DNA from: Elusimicrobiota bacterium
Lineage (GTDB): Bacteria > Elusimicrobiota > UBA8919
Direction of reading: 5' to 3'
Length of the DNA stretch: 64,000 nt
Assembly (NCBI GenBank): GCA_028718185.1
Contig: JAQUMH010000004.1
Coordinates: forward strand, 10,334-74,333
A program made the translations under genes and the position numbers. The notes under the pieces are model-generated. The model searched no databases. It was given only the letters and a program-made list of their open reading frames with translations, and was not told the origin of the DNA. This document shows positions 26,419 through 36,188 of the stretch, piece by piece; position 1 is the first letter of the stretch, and every line of letters begins with the position of its first letter.

Positions 26419-29139
26419 TTATAACCTTACATTTACTTGGCTTACTCCAGCAAGATAATCATCTGCTACTGCGTGAACTGTTATTATATGATTGCCTTTT
26501 GAATATCCGGTAGTATTCCAGATGTACTCAGGATTTGATGATATCTTTACAAGTTTGTTATCTATGAAATAACGATAAGATACAACAGGATTACCTGTTT
26601 CTGAATTTTTTGCAGCACTTACCGCAATTTTGACCGTTCCTCTTAGTTTTGCATTGTTTGTCGGTGTGGTTATAGAAACAGATGGTGATAGTTTAAAGAA
26701 GTTATCATCCATCACCTTGTCAAACTCTGCCCTTTCAGGAGTAGACAATGCATAAAGTTTAAATATTGATATCCCAAGACCTGCCATTTGAGGCGATTCT
26801 GCACGCAAGTACTTTATCCATAAGTCAATATCTGCAGGATGGCCATGGAAGTCGTCTCCACCACTCAGTATTCCGATATTCTTACCTTCGAATCCGTAGT
26901 ACTTTATCCAATCAGTCCATTTCTTGATATATGTTCTGTAGTCCTTGGACCCGGGATAAATATATATCTCCGGCTCATAAATATTTATTATATCGCTTGC
27001 ACTCGCCATCGTATCATCAAAACCATCACCATAATAACCAGCAGTCATGAAAACATTGGGGTATTGCTTTTTCACTCGTCTGAGTGCATTAATAGATTCC
27101 TTGACCCGGTCGTCAGTTTCCCATGCAACCCATTCGTCAATTTCTATGCCATAATATCCTTCCTGTGCGATCTTTATATATTTATTATACATCTTTTCTT
27201 CAGTATCAAGAAACTCCGGATTAGCACTTTGTTTTGCATCATTTCTTGAAGCATATGTAAACGGTATCGGTAATTTTCCTTTTGTTATCATTTCATCATG
27301 CCATGACTTGTCAGCCCATTTATAGCCGGCATAATTTACTGTTTCGTGAGGCTGTTCGCCGGGACCGGCTCGCCAAGAAATAAGATATGGCGGATTTACA
27401 GGTGCGAGATTGGGATTTGGATATACTGCACCTTCATAGAAAAGTAACTTGTCATTCGGCGGAGTAAGAGAAATTTTAAAATTATTATTTGATATACCAA
27501 CAGGACTGCCGTTTATATCTTGTACCCGTATCTTGCAAGCACTACTATCTATATTTGGAACTATTATTGTTTCACTACCATCATTAGCTGTATTAGATAC
27601 TATTGTTGTCCATTTCGTTCCCCCATCTGTTGATAAATCTATATTTACATTCCCTACTGTCCCTTGTGTTGTCCATGTCACTACCTTTTTGCTACTTGCT
27701 ACCCAATTCTCGTTTCCATAAGGTAATGTTACTATTATAACTGGTTTTAATTGGCCTTCACTTATTATATTTATATAATCAAAATTACCGGTTGCCTCAG
27801 TGCCGGAAGTATCCATTATCAACTTCATAATATGCTTCCCTGCACTTAAACTTACCCCTGTCTTCTTTAGTGTTTGAAAAGTCTGCCATCCACCGGTATT
27901 AGGAACTGTCATTTGCCCTGTTTTATCAACATCATCAAACTCTATATGGAAATTACCGCCATTACCTCCACATCCTACTTGTACTTCTATTGTGTATGTT
28001 CCTGCGGCTTTTGTATTTATTGTATATTTTAACCATTCACCAGCCATAACCCAGCCAATATCATAACCCCCGCTCGCTCCGCTATAGGGTTCAACATCAA
28101 CATCTACTTTTTTCCTGTATGCATTTTCCGGTTCACCTGTCGGAATATCGCGATACACTGCGTTACCTTTTGTTGTATCGTAATATGATACGCCTTGACC
28201 GCCATTATCAAAATCTTCTAATTCTATTTTACAGGGTATCTGAAACGGGACTCCTTTATATGGCGTAGTTAGACCTAAAGCTTTTGTAGTTTCACATGGA
28301 CTGTTTGATACAACTGACCAGTTTGGGACTTCATCTGCCGTCTTTATTGCAAAATAATATTTTGTTGAAGGCGAAAGACCGACAACTGTGAACATCTCTT
28401 GATTGAATACCTGTTGTGCTGCCGGTGTCCCCTGGACTTTAGTTGCAGAATCCCAGTTTGCATCTGTTATCGGAGACAATGAGTATCGTATATCATACGG
28501 TATATACCGTGAAGCTAAACGATATAACCATTGTGATTGAGGGGTTGGATTTTGGCGGTTCATATCATATGGTATATATCTTGCAGCCTGACCATTACTG
28601 TTATCATCGTTGGCTGGAGCGGACCATTTAAGTGTTATTGAGTTTGGTGTCGGGTCGTTTGTTGTAAGGTCTGTTATTTTACCGGGTGGTATTGTATCTG
28701 TAAGAGCAGGTGTTGTCCCGCTCGGTGATTTAGATAACGGTGACCAGTTAGGGACTTCATCTCCTGCCTTGATTGCAAAGTAATATTTGGTTGAAGGTGA
28801 AAGACCAAAAACAATAAATGATTCCGCAGAACTCGCAGAACTTGGAGTGAGGTCACATATAATCTTTGTAGCTGAATTCCATTCTGCTTCTGTTGTTATC
28901 GGTGAAAGTGAATACCTGATATCATATTTTGTTGCAGTACCTGAATTACCATCATCCCCGACAGATCGCCATACAAGCGTGACTGTCTTGGCAGTCGGAT
29001 ATGCAGTTAGAAAATACGTTATCTTGGCAGGTGGTGTAGTATCAGTTATACCAAACAATACATTTCCCGCAAACATACCCAATACAAACATGCATACTAC
29101 AAAATTGCATACTACTTTCAACAACTTTTGCATAGACAT
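26419..29139 (-). CDS. FN3 x3, CBM6, GEVED-like protein with the unknown 330 aa C-terminal domain. Paralog 3 of 3.
   Basis: Same architecture. Signal peptide MSMQKLLKVVCNFVVCMFVLGMFAGNVLFG. SD is GGGGGT. Confidence 0.65.
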   Translation of the reverse strand: MSMQKLLKVVCNFVVCMFVLGMFAGNVLFGITDTTPPAKITYFLTAYPTAKTVTLVWRSVGDDGNSGTATKYDIRYSLSPITTEAEWNSATKIICDLTPSSASSAESFIVFGLSPSTKYYFAIKAGDEVPNWSPLSKSPSGTTPALTDTIPPGKITDLTTNDPTPNSITLKWSAPANDDNSNGQAARYIPYDMNRQNPTPQSQWLYRLASRYIPYDIRYSLSPITDANWDSATKVQGTPAAQQVFNQEMFTVVGLSPSTKYYFAIKTADEVPNWSVVSNSPCETTKALGLTTPYKGVPFQIPCKIELEDFDNGGQGVSYYDTTKGNAVYRDIPTGEPENAYRKKVDVDVEPYSGASGGYDIGWVMAGEWLKYTINTKAAGTYTIEVQVGCGGNGGNFHIEFDDVDKTGQMTVPNTGGWQTFQTLKKTGVSLSAGKHIMKLIMDTSGTEATGNFDYINIISEGQLKPVIIVTLPYGNENWVASSKKVVTWTTQGTVGNVNIDLSTDGGTKWTTIVSNTANDGSETIIVPNIDSSACKIRVQDINGSPVGISNNNFKISLTPPNDKLLFYEGAVYPNPNLAPVNPPYLISWRAGPGEQPHETVNYAGYKWADKSWHDEMITKGKLPIPFTYASRNDAKQSANPEFLDTEEKMYNKYIKIAQEGYYGIEIDEWVAWETDDRVKESINALRRVKKQYPNVFMTAGYYGDGFDDTMASASDIINIYEPEIYIYPGSKDYRTYIKKWTDWIKYYGFEGKNIGILSGGDDFHGHPADIDLWIKYLRAESPQMAGLGISIFKLYALSTPERAEFDKVMDDNFFKLSPSVSITTPTNNAKLRGTVKIAVSAAKNSETGNPVVSYRYFIDNKLVKISSNPEYIWNTTGYSKGNHIITVHAVADDYLAGVSQVNVRL

Positions 29140-29149
29140 TAAATACCCC

Positions 29150-29225
29150 CAATTAGGTTATAGAGTTATAGGGTTTTTAACTCTATAAACTCTACGAACC
29201 CTATGAACACTATAACTCTTTTTTT
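29150..29225. repeat. CTATAAC/GTTATAG-family inverted repeat.
   Basis: gttatagagttatagggtt ... aactctataaactctacgaaccctatgaacactataactc. Confidence 0.5.
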
Positions 29226-31666
29226 TATTCCGCCGTTTTGAATTGCATTTTAGTTAAATATCTTAATTGGTATACGGTAAATCCTATTAAAATAAAACCT
29301 AATAACCAGCTCATGGCGGTTGCTATCCCGAATTTTAAATATACAAATGCATTATAAAATATTTCTAAATCCAATACATTTGTTGCTCTAGCCGGCCCGC
29401 CACCTGTCATTATCAATATATAACCTGCTGACTGGAATGCTCCTATAAAAGCACCTACAAAACTTATTATGATTAAAGGTCTAATTGTGGGAATAGTAAC
29501 ATTCCATAATTTTTGCCATATGTTAGAACCATCTATGTCCGCTGCTTCGTATAAATCTTCAGGTATCGTCTTTAATGCAGCAAGATAAATAAGACACCCC
29601 GGTCCGACAGACGCCCAGACAATTGGTATAACAACACATAGCATAGCCAAATTGGGATCTTGAAGCCATTTCACCGGAAGTATTTTACCCCCGGAAATAA
29701 GAGCTAAAATTATATTTAATATTCCATTTGGTGTGGGGTCATAGAAACTTTTCCATAAAAGGATCACTACTATACCACTTATCACAGCAGGTAAATAAAA
29801 TATTACCCTAAAAAATATTTTGCCTTTTGGTATTTCATGTAACATTACAGCAAGAATTATCGGCGAGAAAAAACTTAAACCAAGAATTAAACTTGCATAA
29901 TATACAGTATGCCACAATGCCTGCCAGAATAATTTATCAAAAAGCACATTTGCAAAATTATCTATACCTATAAACTTGCTTCCCCCAAGTATCTTGTAAT
30001 CCAAAAAAGCCATAATAACACCGCGAAGTGTGGGAATATACTGCCATATTATCATACTTAATGCAGCAGGAAGAAGTATTAAATATGCAATCCAGTATTT
30101 CTTGAATCCCCAGCCGGCTTTGGCTCCTTCCGGCGTAAATACTTTCATAATATATATTAAAGCAAAAATGAAACTTAAAAAAACTACGATAGCTAAAGAT
30201 AATGCTACTCTCCTTCTAAATGCCAATTTCTTCGGTGGAACTATTCCTATCATTTTCTCATTTGTCTCAGCGACTGCTATATCCAATAGTTGCTTTATGC
30301 GTTTTCTTGCAATTTCAGGAGGTTTGCTGCCTAAGTTTTCTATCAATGCTAATTCTAATGGTTGTGATACATAGCCGTATGTCTCAGCGCAGTTTTTACC
30401 GTATGGTTCAGGAACACCGTTGTATAATGCTTCTTTGTATTTATCTTCCCATCCCTTTGGAGCGTATTTTAAGTATTCTGTATAACCGTATTTTCTAAGT
30501 TGTACAGGATTTAGAAAATTACCATAACCGTTCTCAACATATACTTTAGTGCGTATTTTTTCTGCTTCAGGACCGCCCCAAAAATACACAAATTTCCACG
30601 CTGCATCAAGAACATCCGGGTCTTTAATACCTGAAAATATTCCAAGCATTGAACAATTAAGTTCTGAACCTCTTATGCCTGTTGGTCCTTTTGGAACCGG
30701 TGCTATTCCGATAAGTTGCGGATTTACTTCGGCTATCATTTCTGACTTAAAATAAAATTGACGCATACCTACTCTGCCGGCATTCCAGTCAGCATAAGCA
30801 TCAGGACCGTAGTATGACGTACCATGGATAGTCTTACCATTTTTTACAAACGGTTGTTGTATAAGGCGAGTATAAAAATAAACTGCTTCTACTGCTTCGG
30901 GCGTATTATAAACTGCTCTCCATTCGCCATTTTTATTTTGTTCAACAAATCTTGCTCCTGCAGATAAAAGAAGAAAATAAAAATTCCAGGAAGCAGCCCC
31001 ACCGTTTATAAATTGAGTACCATAAATACCCTTATCAGGATTTGTAATTTTGCGTGCGTATTCCAAATATTCTTCCCATGTATCAGGCGGACGGTCCGGA
31101 TCAAGTCCGGCATCATAAAACAAATCTTTGCGATAGATAAAACCCATAATTTCTTTTGTATATGGAAACGCCCACCAGTGTTTTTCATCAGTCGGTCCAT
31201 CACGGTACATTACAGGAACTGCGGCAGGTAGAACTCTGTCTTCAACTTCTTTTTTAGGCAATTTCTCTATGAACCCGTCAAGCGGATACAAAAGACCTTC
31301 ACGGATAAAAAAATCTGATGTAGCGAAACCAAGACCGAAAATATCAGGAGCGAGACCGCTTGCTATTAACATAAGTCGTCCAACTTCAGGTCCCAAAGCT
31401 GAAGCACTGGAAGATACACCGCCGGACTCTACAATTTCTATCCAGGGATATTTTTCTTTGAATGCCCGTAGAACAGCCCTGTTGCACATTGTCGGCGGTC
31501 TTGAATCATCAGGTCTCGGAAGACCGACCCCTTTTTCAACGACCAATCTGACTTTTTTATGATTTTCCTGCGAAGCAAAGAGTGTTACGCGGAAAATATT
31601 GAATAGTAAAACAATCACCGATAAAAAACGTATTTTTTTTATTAATAAATATTTTTTACTTTTCAT
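29225..31666 (-). CDS. SBP plus MalF-like permease fusion. Copy 2, paralog of 20868-23357.
   Basis: Collinear with copy 1 at high identity. It shares the EAADIDGSNIWQKLWNVTIPT motif and the same C-terminal ...YQLRYLTKMQFKTAE. Confidence 0.65.
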   Translation of the reverse strand: MKSKKYLLIKKIRFLSVIVLLFNIFRVTLFASQENHKKVRLVVEKGVGLPRPDDSRPPTMCNRAVLRAFKEKYPWIEIVESGGVSSSASALGPEVGRLMLIASGLAPDIFGLGFATSDFFIREGLLYPLDGFIEKLPKKEVEDRVLPAAVPVMYRDGPTDEKHWWAFPYTKEIMGFIYRKDLFYDAGLDPDRPPDTWEEYLEYARKITNPDKGIYGTQFINGGAASWNFYFLLLSAGARFVEQNKNGEWRAVYNTPEAVEAVYFYTRLIQQPFVKNGKTIHGTSYYGPDAYADWNAGRVGMRQFYFKSEMIAEVNPQLIGIAPVPKGPTGIRGSELNCSMLGIFSGIKDPDVLDAAWKFVYFWGGPEAEKIRTKVYVENGYGNFLNPVQLRKYGYTEYLKYAPKGWEDKYKEALYNGVPEPYGKNCAETYGYVSQPLELALIENLGSKPPEIARKRIKQLLDIAVAETNEKMIGIVPPKKLAFRRRVALSLAIVVFLSFIFALIYIMKVFTPEGAKAGWGFKKYWIAYLILLPAALSMIIWQYIPTLRGVIMAFLDYKILGGSKFIGIDNFANVLFDKLFWQALWHTVYYASLILGLSFFSPIILAVMLHEIPKGKIFFRVIFYLPAVISGIVVILLWKSFYDPTPNGILNIILALISGGKILPVKWLQDPNLAMLCVVIPIVWASVGPGCLIYLAALKTIPEDLYEAADIDGSNIWQKLWNVTIPTIRPLIIISFVGAFIGAFQSAGYILIMTGGGPARATNVLDLEIFYNAFVYLKFGIATAMSWLLGFILIGFTVYQLRYLTKMQFKTAE

Positions 31667-31834
31667 TTTTCAGTTCTATCCTTTTTTCTTATTAAGTTCT
31701 TATGTTTCTTAATACAATTAGCCAAAATATTTATAATGTACAACGTATTTATTATTTTAATCTTACCTATTGCATCTTATCTTTTGCTTCTGATGTTAGA
31801 CATCGGACATCGGACTACGGACAGTCATTCTTTT

Positions 31835-33310
31835 CTAAATCATTCTAATAGACACTTTATGTTTTCCTTTATGTTTTGCCGTAAAAAAATATTGTTTAGA
31901 TTTTTTTCCGTCAATACTGAAAACACCAATCTTATTTCCTGAACCTATAATTTCAATATTCAACAAGGAATCGCGATAACTCAGATTTTTAAGAATAACC
32001 GATTTTAATACTTTCGGGATAGCAGGTTTAAATTCAATTCCGTCACATTTAAAATTCATTCCCAGAAGTCCCATAAAAATCATTCGTATATAAGCTGTCG
32101 CGCTCCATGTCTGTCTTGAACAGGACTTATATTCCACCATTTTCCCATTTTGTTCCTGTAGTCCGCCGTATATTTCACCGGTATCAGGATGATATATTTC
32201 AGCGAATTGACCGTCTCTATAAACAAATTTTGACAAGTGGAATAGCTCGTTGAAAAACATTTCTGTTTTGTTCTCAAACGAAGCGGCAGTTGCCCAAAAA
32301 CCCTGTATGTGCGGCCATACAGTTCCGGAATGTCTCCCGTAACTTTTTTTACCAATGCCTTTATTTTTATACCGGTCAAATGTCGGCCAGACACAAGGGA
32401 TACCATTTGGAGTAATATGAATATTTTTTAAAATTGAATTACGCTGGTTTTTATCGGCAACCCCAAAAATAACTGCAAAACTGTTCCCCATTCCCTCCTG
32501 GTGTTTACATAAACCCCATTGGTCTATAAAATAATTATATATGCCTGCCTTGGGATTCCAGAGATGTTTATTTATGGATTCTTTTAATTTTTGGGCTTTT
32601 TTCTCTGAACATATTTTATTTTTTATCTTTAATTCATCAGACATTTTTTGAAGTAAGACATATCCATAGAAATAAAGACAATTTGTGGATAGTGTGCACA
32701 TAGGAATACCATAACCTTTGTTGGCTTTTTTATCCGGATTTTCTTTGGTCCATTCAAGGATACAATCTGAGTTACCTGTTTTTGAATAGAAATCAGGATA
32801 TGCAGCTATACCGTCACCGGAACAGGCAGGACCACGAAAAAGATTAAACGTATCATCATATTCCGTAGATTCATAATACTTTATTGAATTTTGTGCAGCT
32901 TCATAGGAAAGTAAAAGAAATTCTTTGTCGCCGGTATAAAGATAATACCACCAAGCACCGATTATCCATATTATTGCATCCCAATATTGATTATATTGTC
33001 CGCCAATATATACCTTTTTATCTTTATATTTAAGTACTGATAACAAAGTATTGCGGGTAATATCCGGAAAAAGTAATCCTGTCCCGTTCCACGAATTTAC
33101 AGCAGAATCTCTTGTCCATGTGACATCATATTCAAGTCCTGCAAGAAAGACCGGTTTTTCTTCTTTTAATAGTCCATCTTTGAATTGAACAATATTTCCG
33201 ACAATATCACCGATTGCTATCCGGAATGCAGAATCAATAATAATATTTCCTGTTTTAAGATTTGGTAATATGTTGGAAGTTGTTGTTGATGTTGCATTCC
33301 CAATAACCAT
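31835..33310 (-). CDS. Glycoside hydrolase of the (alpha/alpha)6-barrel type (GH15/GH63/GH100-like), apparently cytoplasmic.
   Basis: No signal peptide. Motifs such as YDVTWTRDSA and a W-rich helical segment (AIIWIIGAWWYYLYTGD) are typical of six-hairpin glycosidases. The family assignment is tentative. Confidence 0.45.
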   Translation of the reverse strand: MVIGNATSTTTSNILPNLKTGNIIIDSAFRIAIGDIVGNIVQFKDGLLKEEKPVFLAGLEYDVTWTRDSAVNSWNGTGLLFPDITRNTLLSVLKYKDKKVYIGGQYNQYWDAIIWIIGAWWYYLYTGDKEFLLLSYEAAQNSIKYYESTEYDDTFNLFRGPACSGDGIAAYPDFYSKTGNSDCILEWTKENPDKKANKGYGIPMCTLSTNCLYFYGYVLLQKMSDELKIKNKICSEKKAQKLKESINKHLWNPKAGIYNYFIDQWGLCKHQEGMGNSFAVIFGVADKNQRNSILKNIHITPNGIPCVWPTFDRYKNKGIGKKSYGRHSGTVWPHIQGFWATAASFENKTEMFFNELFHLSKFVYRDGQFAEIYHPDTGEIYGGLQEQNGKMVEYKSCSRQTWSATAYIRMIFMGLLGMNFKCDGIEFKPAIPKVLKSVILKNLSYRDSLLNIEIIGSGNKIGVFSIDGKKSKQYFFTAKHKGKHKVSIRMI

Positions 33311-33335
33311 TCTATTAATTTTCCTTAGTAGTAAT

Positions 33336-34589
33336 CTATTGTTTTAGTATCATATCCTTCACTTCTTTAACGAGCACATCTCCGACATCATTTCTGAATT
33401 TAAAAAATCCCGCCATATATGGAACCATGCTTGATGCATAATTCTTTTTTTCAAAATCTTTTTTATCCGGTATATAACCTATATAATCATTTGAATAGCA
33501 AACCACAAATATGTTTTTTAACCCGGATATTTTTTTTATTCTCATACCAAATTCTGTGAATAATTCACAGGGCAGAATAACAAACGATGCGTATTCTCCT
33601 AACTTCAATAATTGTATTTCCGTAGATAATGTATTCCTGGGGTTTTTGCTTAATTCATTCAATATATCTTTTTTCCAATCCCCAAAAAATCTTTTCCATT
33701 CTTTGGTTTTGCAATCTCTTGCAGAAAAATATTTTATTTCATCATCTACTTCTGATTCAGTAGGTATAACTAAAGGCAAATTAATGATTTTAGATTTAAC
33801 TGAAATTTTATTAATGTTTTTTGTTTTTGTATTTGCAATAACTTTCAACACTTCATCTGCGGTTCTGTCTCCATATAATTTTGCCGAATCAAATGTGGGT
33901 CGTAGATAAATAGGGTCAATGTCACCGCAGAATCCCTGTAAAAATATAGCAATAGATTTATTGCCAGTCTCTGTCTCTATTTTCTTTGATGCATAGCCAG
34001 GATAATCTGCTGATATTGAAAAATTCCTTTCTCTTAACACTACTGCATGGCAATTATAATTATAAAAAACAGCAGCTGGCTCTCCTTTTTTATCTTCAAC
34101 TTTCATTACCATTATCTCGTCATCTACTTTGCCGTTATCTACCACTCGGTTATAATTTATTTTTAATTTTCCTTTACCAAATCCTATGGTTACCGGTTTC
34201 GTCTTTTTACTTGATTCTATTCCTACTTCAATAATTTTACGGATTAATTCTTTTATATATCCCTTGTCTATCTTCCCCCATCCTCTTAAATATATCGTCG
34301 CCGGTCCCGAATGTGTATGAGTAGCTGAAATAATTATATTCTCTTCCTTAAGACCTTCTATTTTAGCGGATAATTCTTTTTTACAATCTACAACGATTCC
34401 TCTATTTAAACCTACTAAGTCACATATTATCCATAATACTTTAGTTTTATTATCATCAAAAAATATTGCTTTCGCATACAAATCATCATGTACATCTTTA
34501 GCTGTTCTTCTAAGATATGGACCATAACCTGACAATTCTACTCCTAATGGAGGAGTTATTTTTATTATCGAGATACCCGTTTTAATCAT
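33336..34589 (-). CDS. Neutral/alkaline ceramidase N-terminal-domain-like hydrolase.
   Basis: The N-terminus IKITPPLGVELSGYG and SATHTHSGP resemble the neutral-ceramidase family (DITPP.G..LAGY; H.HS.P). The assignment rests on memory of motifs only. Confidence 0.4.
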   Translation of the reverse strand: MIKTGISIIKITPPLGVELSGYGPYLRRTAKDVHDDLYAKAIFFDDNKTKVLWIICDLVGLNRGIVVDCKKELSAKIEGLKEENIIISATHTHSGPATIYLRGWGKIDKGYIKELIRKIIEVGIESSKKTKPVTIGFGKGKLKINYNRVVDNGKVDDEIMVMKVEDKKGEPAAVFYNYNCHAVVLRERNFSISADYPGYASKKIETETGNKSIAIFLQGFCGDIDPIYLRPTFDSAKLYGDRTADEVLKVIANTKTKNINKISVKSKIINLPLVIPTESEVDDEIKYFSARDCKTKEWKRFFGDWKKDILNELSKNPRNTLSTEIQLLKLGEYASFVILPCELFTEFGMRIKKISGLKNIFVVCYSNDYIGYIPDKKDFEKKNYASSMVPYMAGFFKFRNDVGDVLVKEVKDMILKQ

Positions 34590-35846
34590 TTATTTTATGT
34601 TTGTAACCTTTTTCAATTCATCTAAATTCTCTTTTATCTTTACAATAGCATCAATAATTCTTTGTATTTCAGTTCGAGGCATAAGTAATGCAGGGTGCCA
34701 TAACGTCATCTGTTGATTGGCACAAAAATTTTCCGCTACCGGCAAATAGATTTTTTCATAATCCGGTAATTTACCTAATACCCGGGAAGGCAAAACTTTC
34801 TCAATTTGTGATTTGCGAAAAGCATCATTTTTATACAGTGGTACTCCATATCCTGCACCAAAATACACTCCTTCAGCATCCAAAGCTTTTAAAAATATAT
34901 CCCTATGGACACCCGCAAATTGCCTGCTGTCATATTTAACAATAAAAGAGTAATACCCGCGTTTTGTAATTCTTTTATCTCTAGGTAACGGGTCTACACC
35001 ACCAATCTTTTGCAATTCCTTGGCAAGAAACTCACCCATTTGGTATTTATAATTTGTTTGCTGGGGTAGCCGTCTAAATTGAGAAAGTAAAATTCCCGCC
35101 TGGAATTCTGACAAGCGATAATTTGAAGAAAGAATATAATGAATATACCCGGGTTTACCTATCACCCTGCCAATATTATGGACAAGAGATGCTTTTTCAT
35201 ATAAATCTTTGTTGTTAGTTAAAACTATCCCACCGTCACCACAGGCTAATGATTTACTCCCTTGAAATGAAAATGAACTAAAATCACCATAGGAACCCAC
35301 CTGCCTACCTTTCCACTCAGTTCCATGTGCATGTGCACAATCTTGAATCAGTAACAATTTATGTTTTCGTACAATAGGAATTATTTTATCTAAATCAACA
35401 GGATAACCGCCATAGTTTACAACAATCACCGCTTTGGTACGTTTAGTTATTGATGCTTCAAGTGCTTTTGGACTTATTTGCAATGTTTCCGGATCAGAAT
35501 CTACAAAAATAGGTATCGCCCCTACATCACTTATTGCACTTGCTGAAGCAATAAAAGTTACTGCCGGAACAAGTACTTCATCTCCAATTCTAACACCTCC
35601 GGCTCTAAGCGACAATTCAAGTGAAACTGTTCCATTTGCAACTGCAACAGCATGTTTCGTACCAATCCATTTTGCATATATTCTCTCAAATTTCTCTGCC
35701 CAGGAATTAGGATAAAGTCTGCACCAGTTTCCCCTTCTTAAGACATCTAAAACCATCTTTTCATCACTTTTATCTGCGATTGGCCATCGCGGAATTTTCA
35801 ACTCACTTGCTGCTTTTTTTCCTCCAAGAATCGCTAACTTTGACAT
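34590..35846 (-). CDS. DegT/DnrJ/EryC1/StrS-family PLP-dependent aminotransferase (sugar aminotransferase).
   Basis: GTKHAVAVANGTVSLELSL...DEVLVPAVTF.ASA...VDSDPETLQISP and a catalytic-lysine region FSFQGSKSLACGDGG. The start overlaps the stop of the upstream gene. Confidence 0.8.
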   Translation of the reverse strand: MSKLAILGGKKAASELKIPRWPIADKSDEKMVLDVLRRGNWCRLYPNSWAEKFERIYAKWIGTKHAVAVANGTVSLELSLRAGGVRIGDEVLVPAVTFIASASAISDVGAIPIFVDSDPETLQISPKALEASITKRTKAVIVVNYGGYPVDLDKIIPIVRKHKLLLIQDCAHAHGTEWKGRQVGSYGDFSSFSFQGSKSLACGDGGIVLTNNKDLYEKASLVHNIGRVIGKPGYIHYILSSNYRLSEFQAGILLSQFRRLPQQTNYKYQMGEFLAKELQKIGGVDPLPRDKRITKRGYYSFIVKYDSRQFAGVHRDIFLKALDAEGVYFGAGYGVPLYKNDAFRKSQIEKVLPSRVLGKLPDYEKIYLPVAENFCANQQMTLWHPALLMPRTEIQRIIDAIVKIKENLDELKKVTNIK

Positions 35847-35957
35847 TATAAATTACCCTCCTTATTATGAGCTTGATTTCAATGAATTTTATATCAAGTT
35901 CTATTATACTTTTTTCTAAAAATATTACAATAAATTTTACTTTTTTTACAGATATTA

Positions 35958-35996
35958 AACAGAAGGTGCTGAAACGAACAGCACCTTCTGTTTTTA
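35958..35996. terminator. Bidirectional intrinsic terminator-like hairpin (13 bp stem acagaaggtgctg / cagcaccttctgt, followed by TTTTT on plus and flanked by an A/T run on minus). It sits 3' of giant gene B.
   Basis: Direct reading. The loop is aaacgaa. It lies about 190 nt beyond the gene B stop, next to the conserved block atgtataggaatttcaatgtt...cacgccgagggcgtg, which is also found at 46670-46707. Confidence 0.5.
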
Positions 35997-36188
35997 TAAC
36001 TTGATGTATAGGAATTTCAATGTTATCACGCCGAGGGCGTGAAACTACAATTTAATTATAGTTTTGTAGTTGTCGCCAGACCCTTGGCAAGTCTAACTTG
36101 TTCAAGTATGTCTTAGCGTCATTGGGTCTTAGTGTTTTGTCTTAAAACTCTATGACCCTACGACCCTACGAACTCTATGACGCTTTTC

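Noticed and set aside
31835-35846. The GH / ceramidase-like / DegT aminotransferase trio was considered as a novel glycolipid or sphingolipid-modifying system.
   Set aside because: The domain assignments of the first two rest on weak motif memory. The genes lack signal peptides and show no repeat or regulatory linkage to the surface cassettes. This is most likely ordinary sugar metabolism, so I kept it only at feature level.
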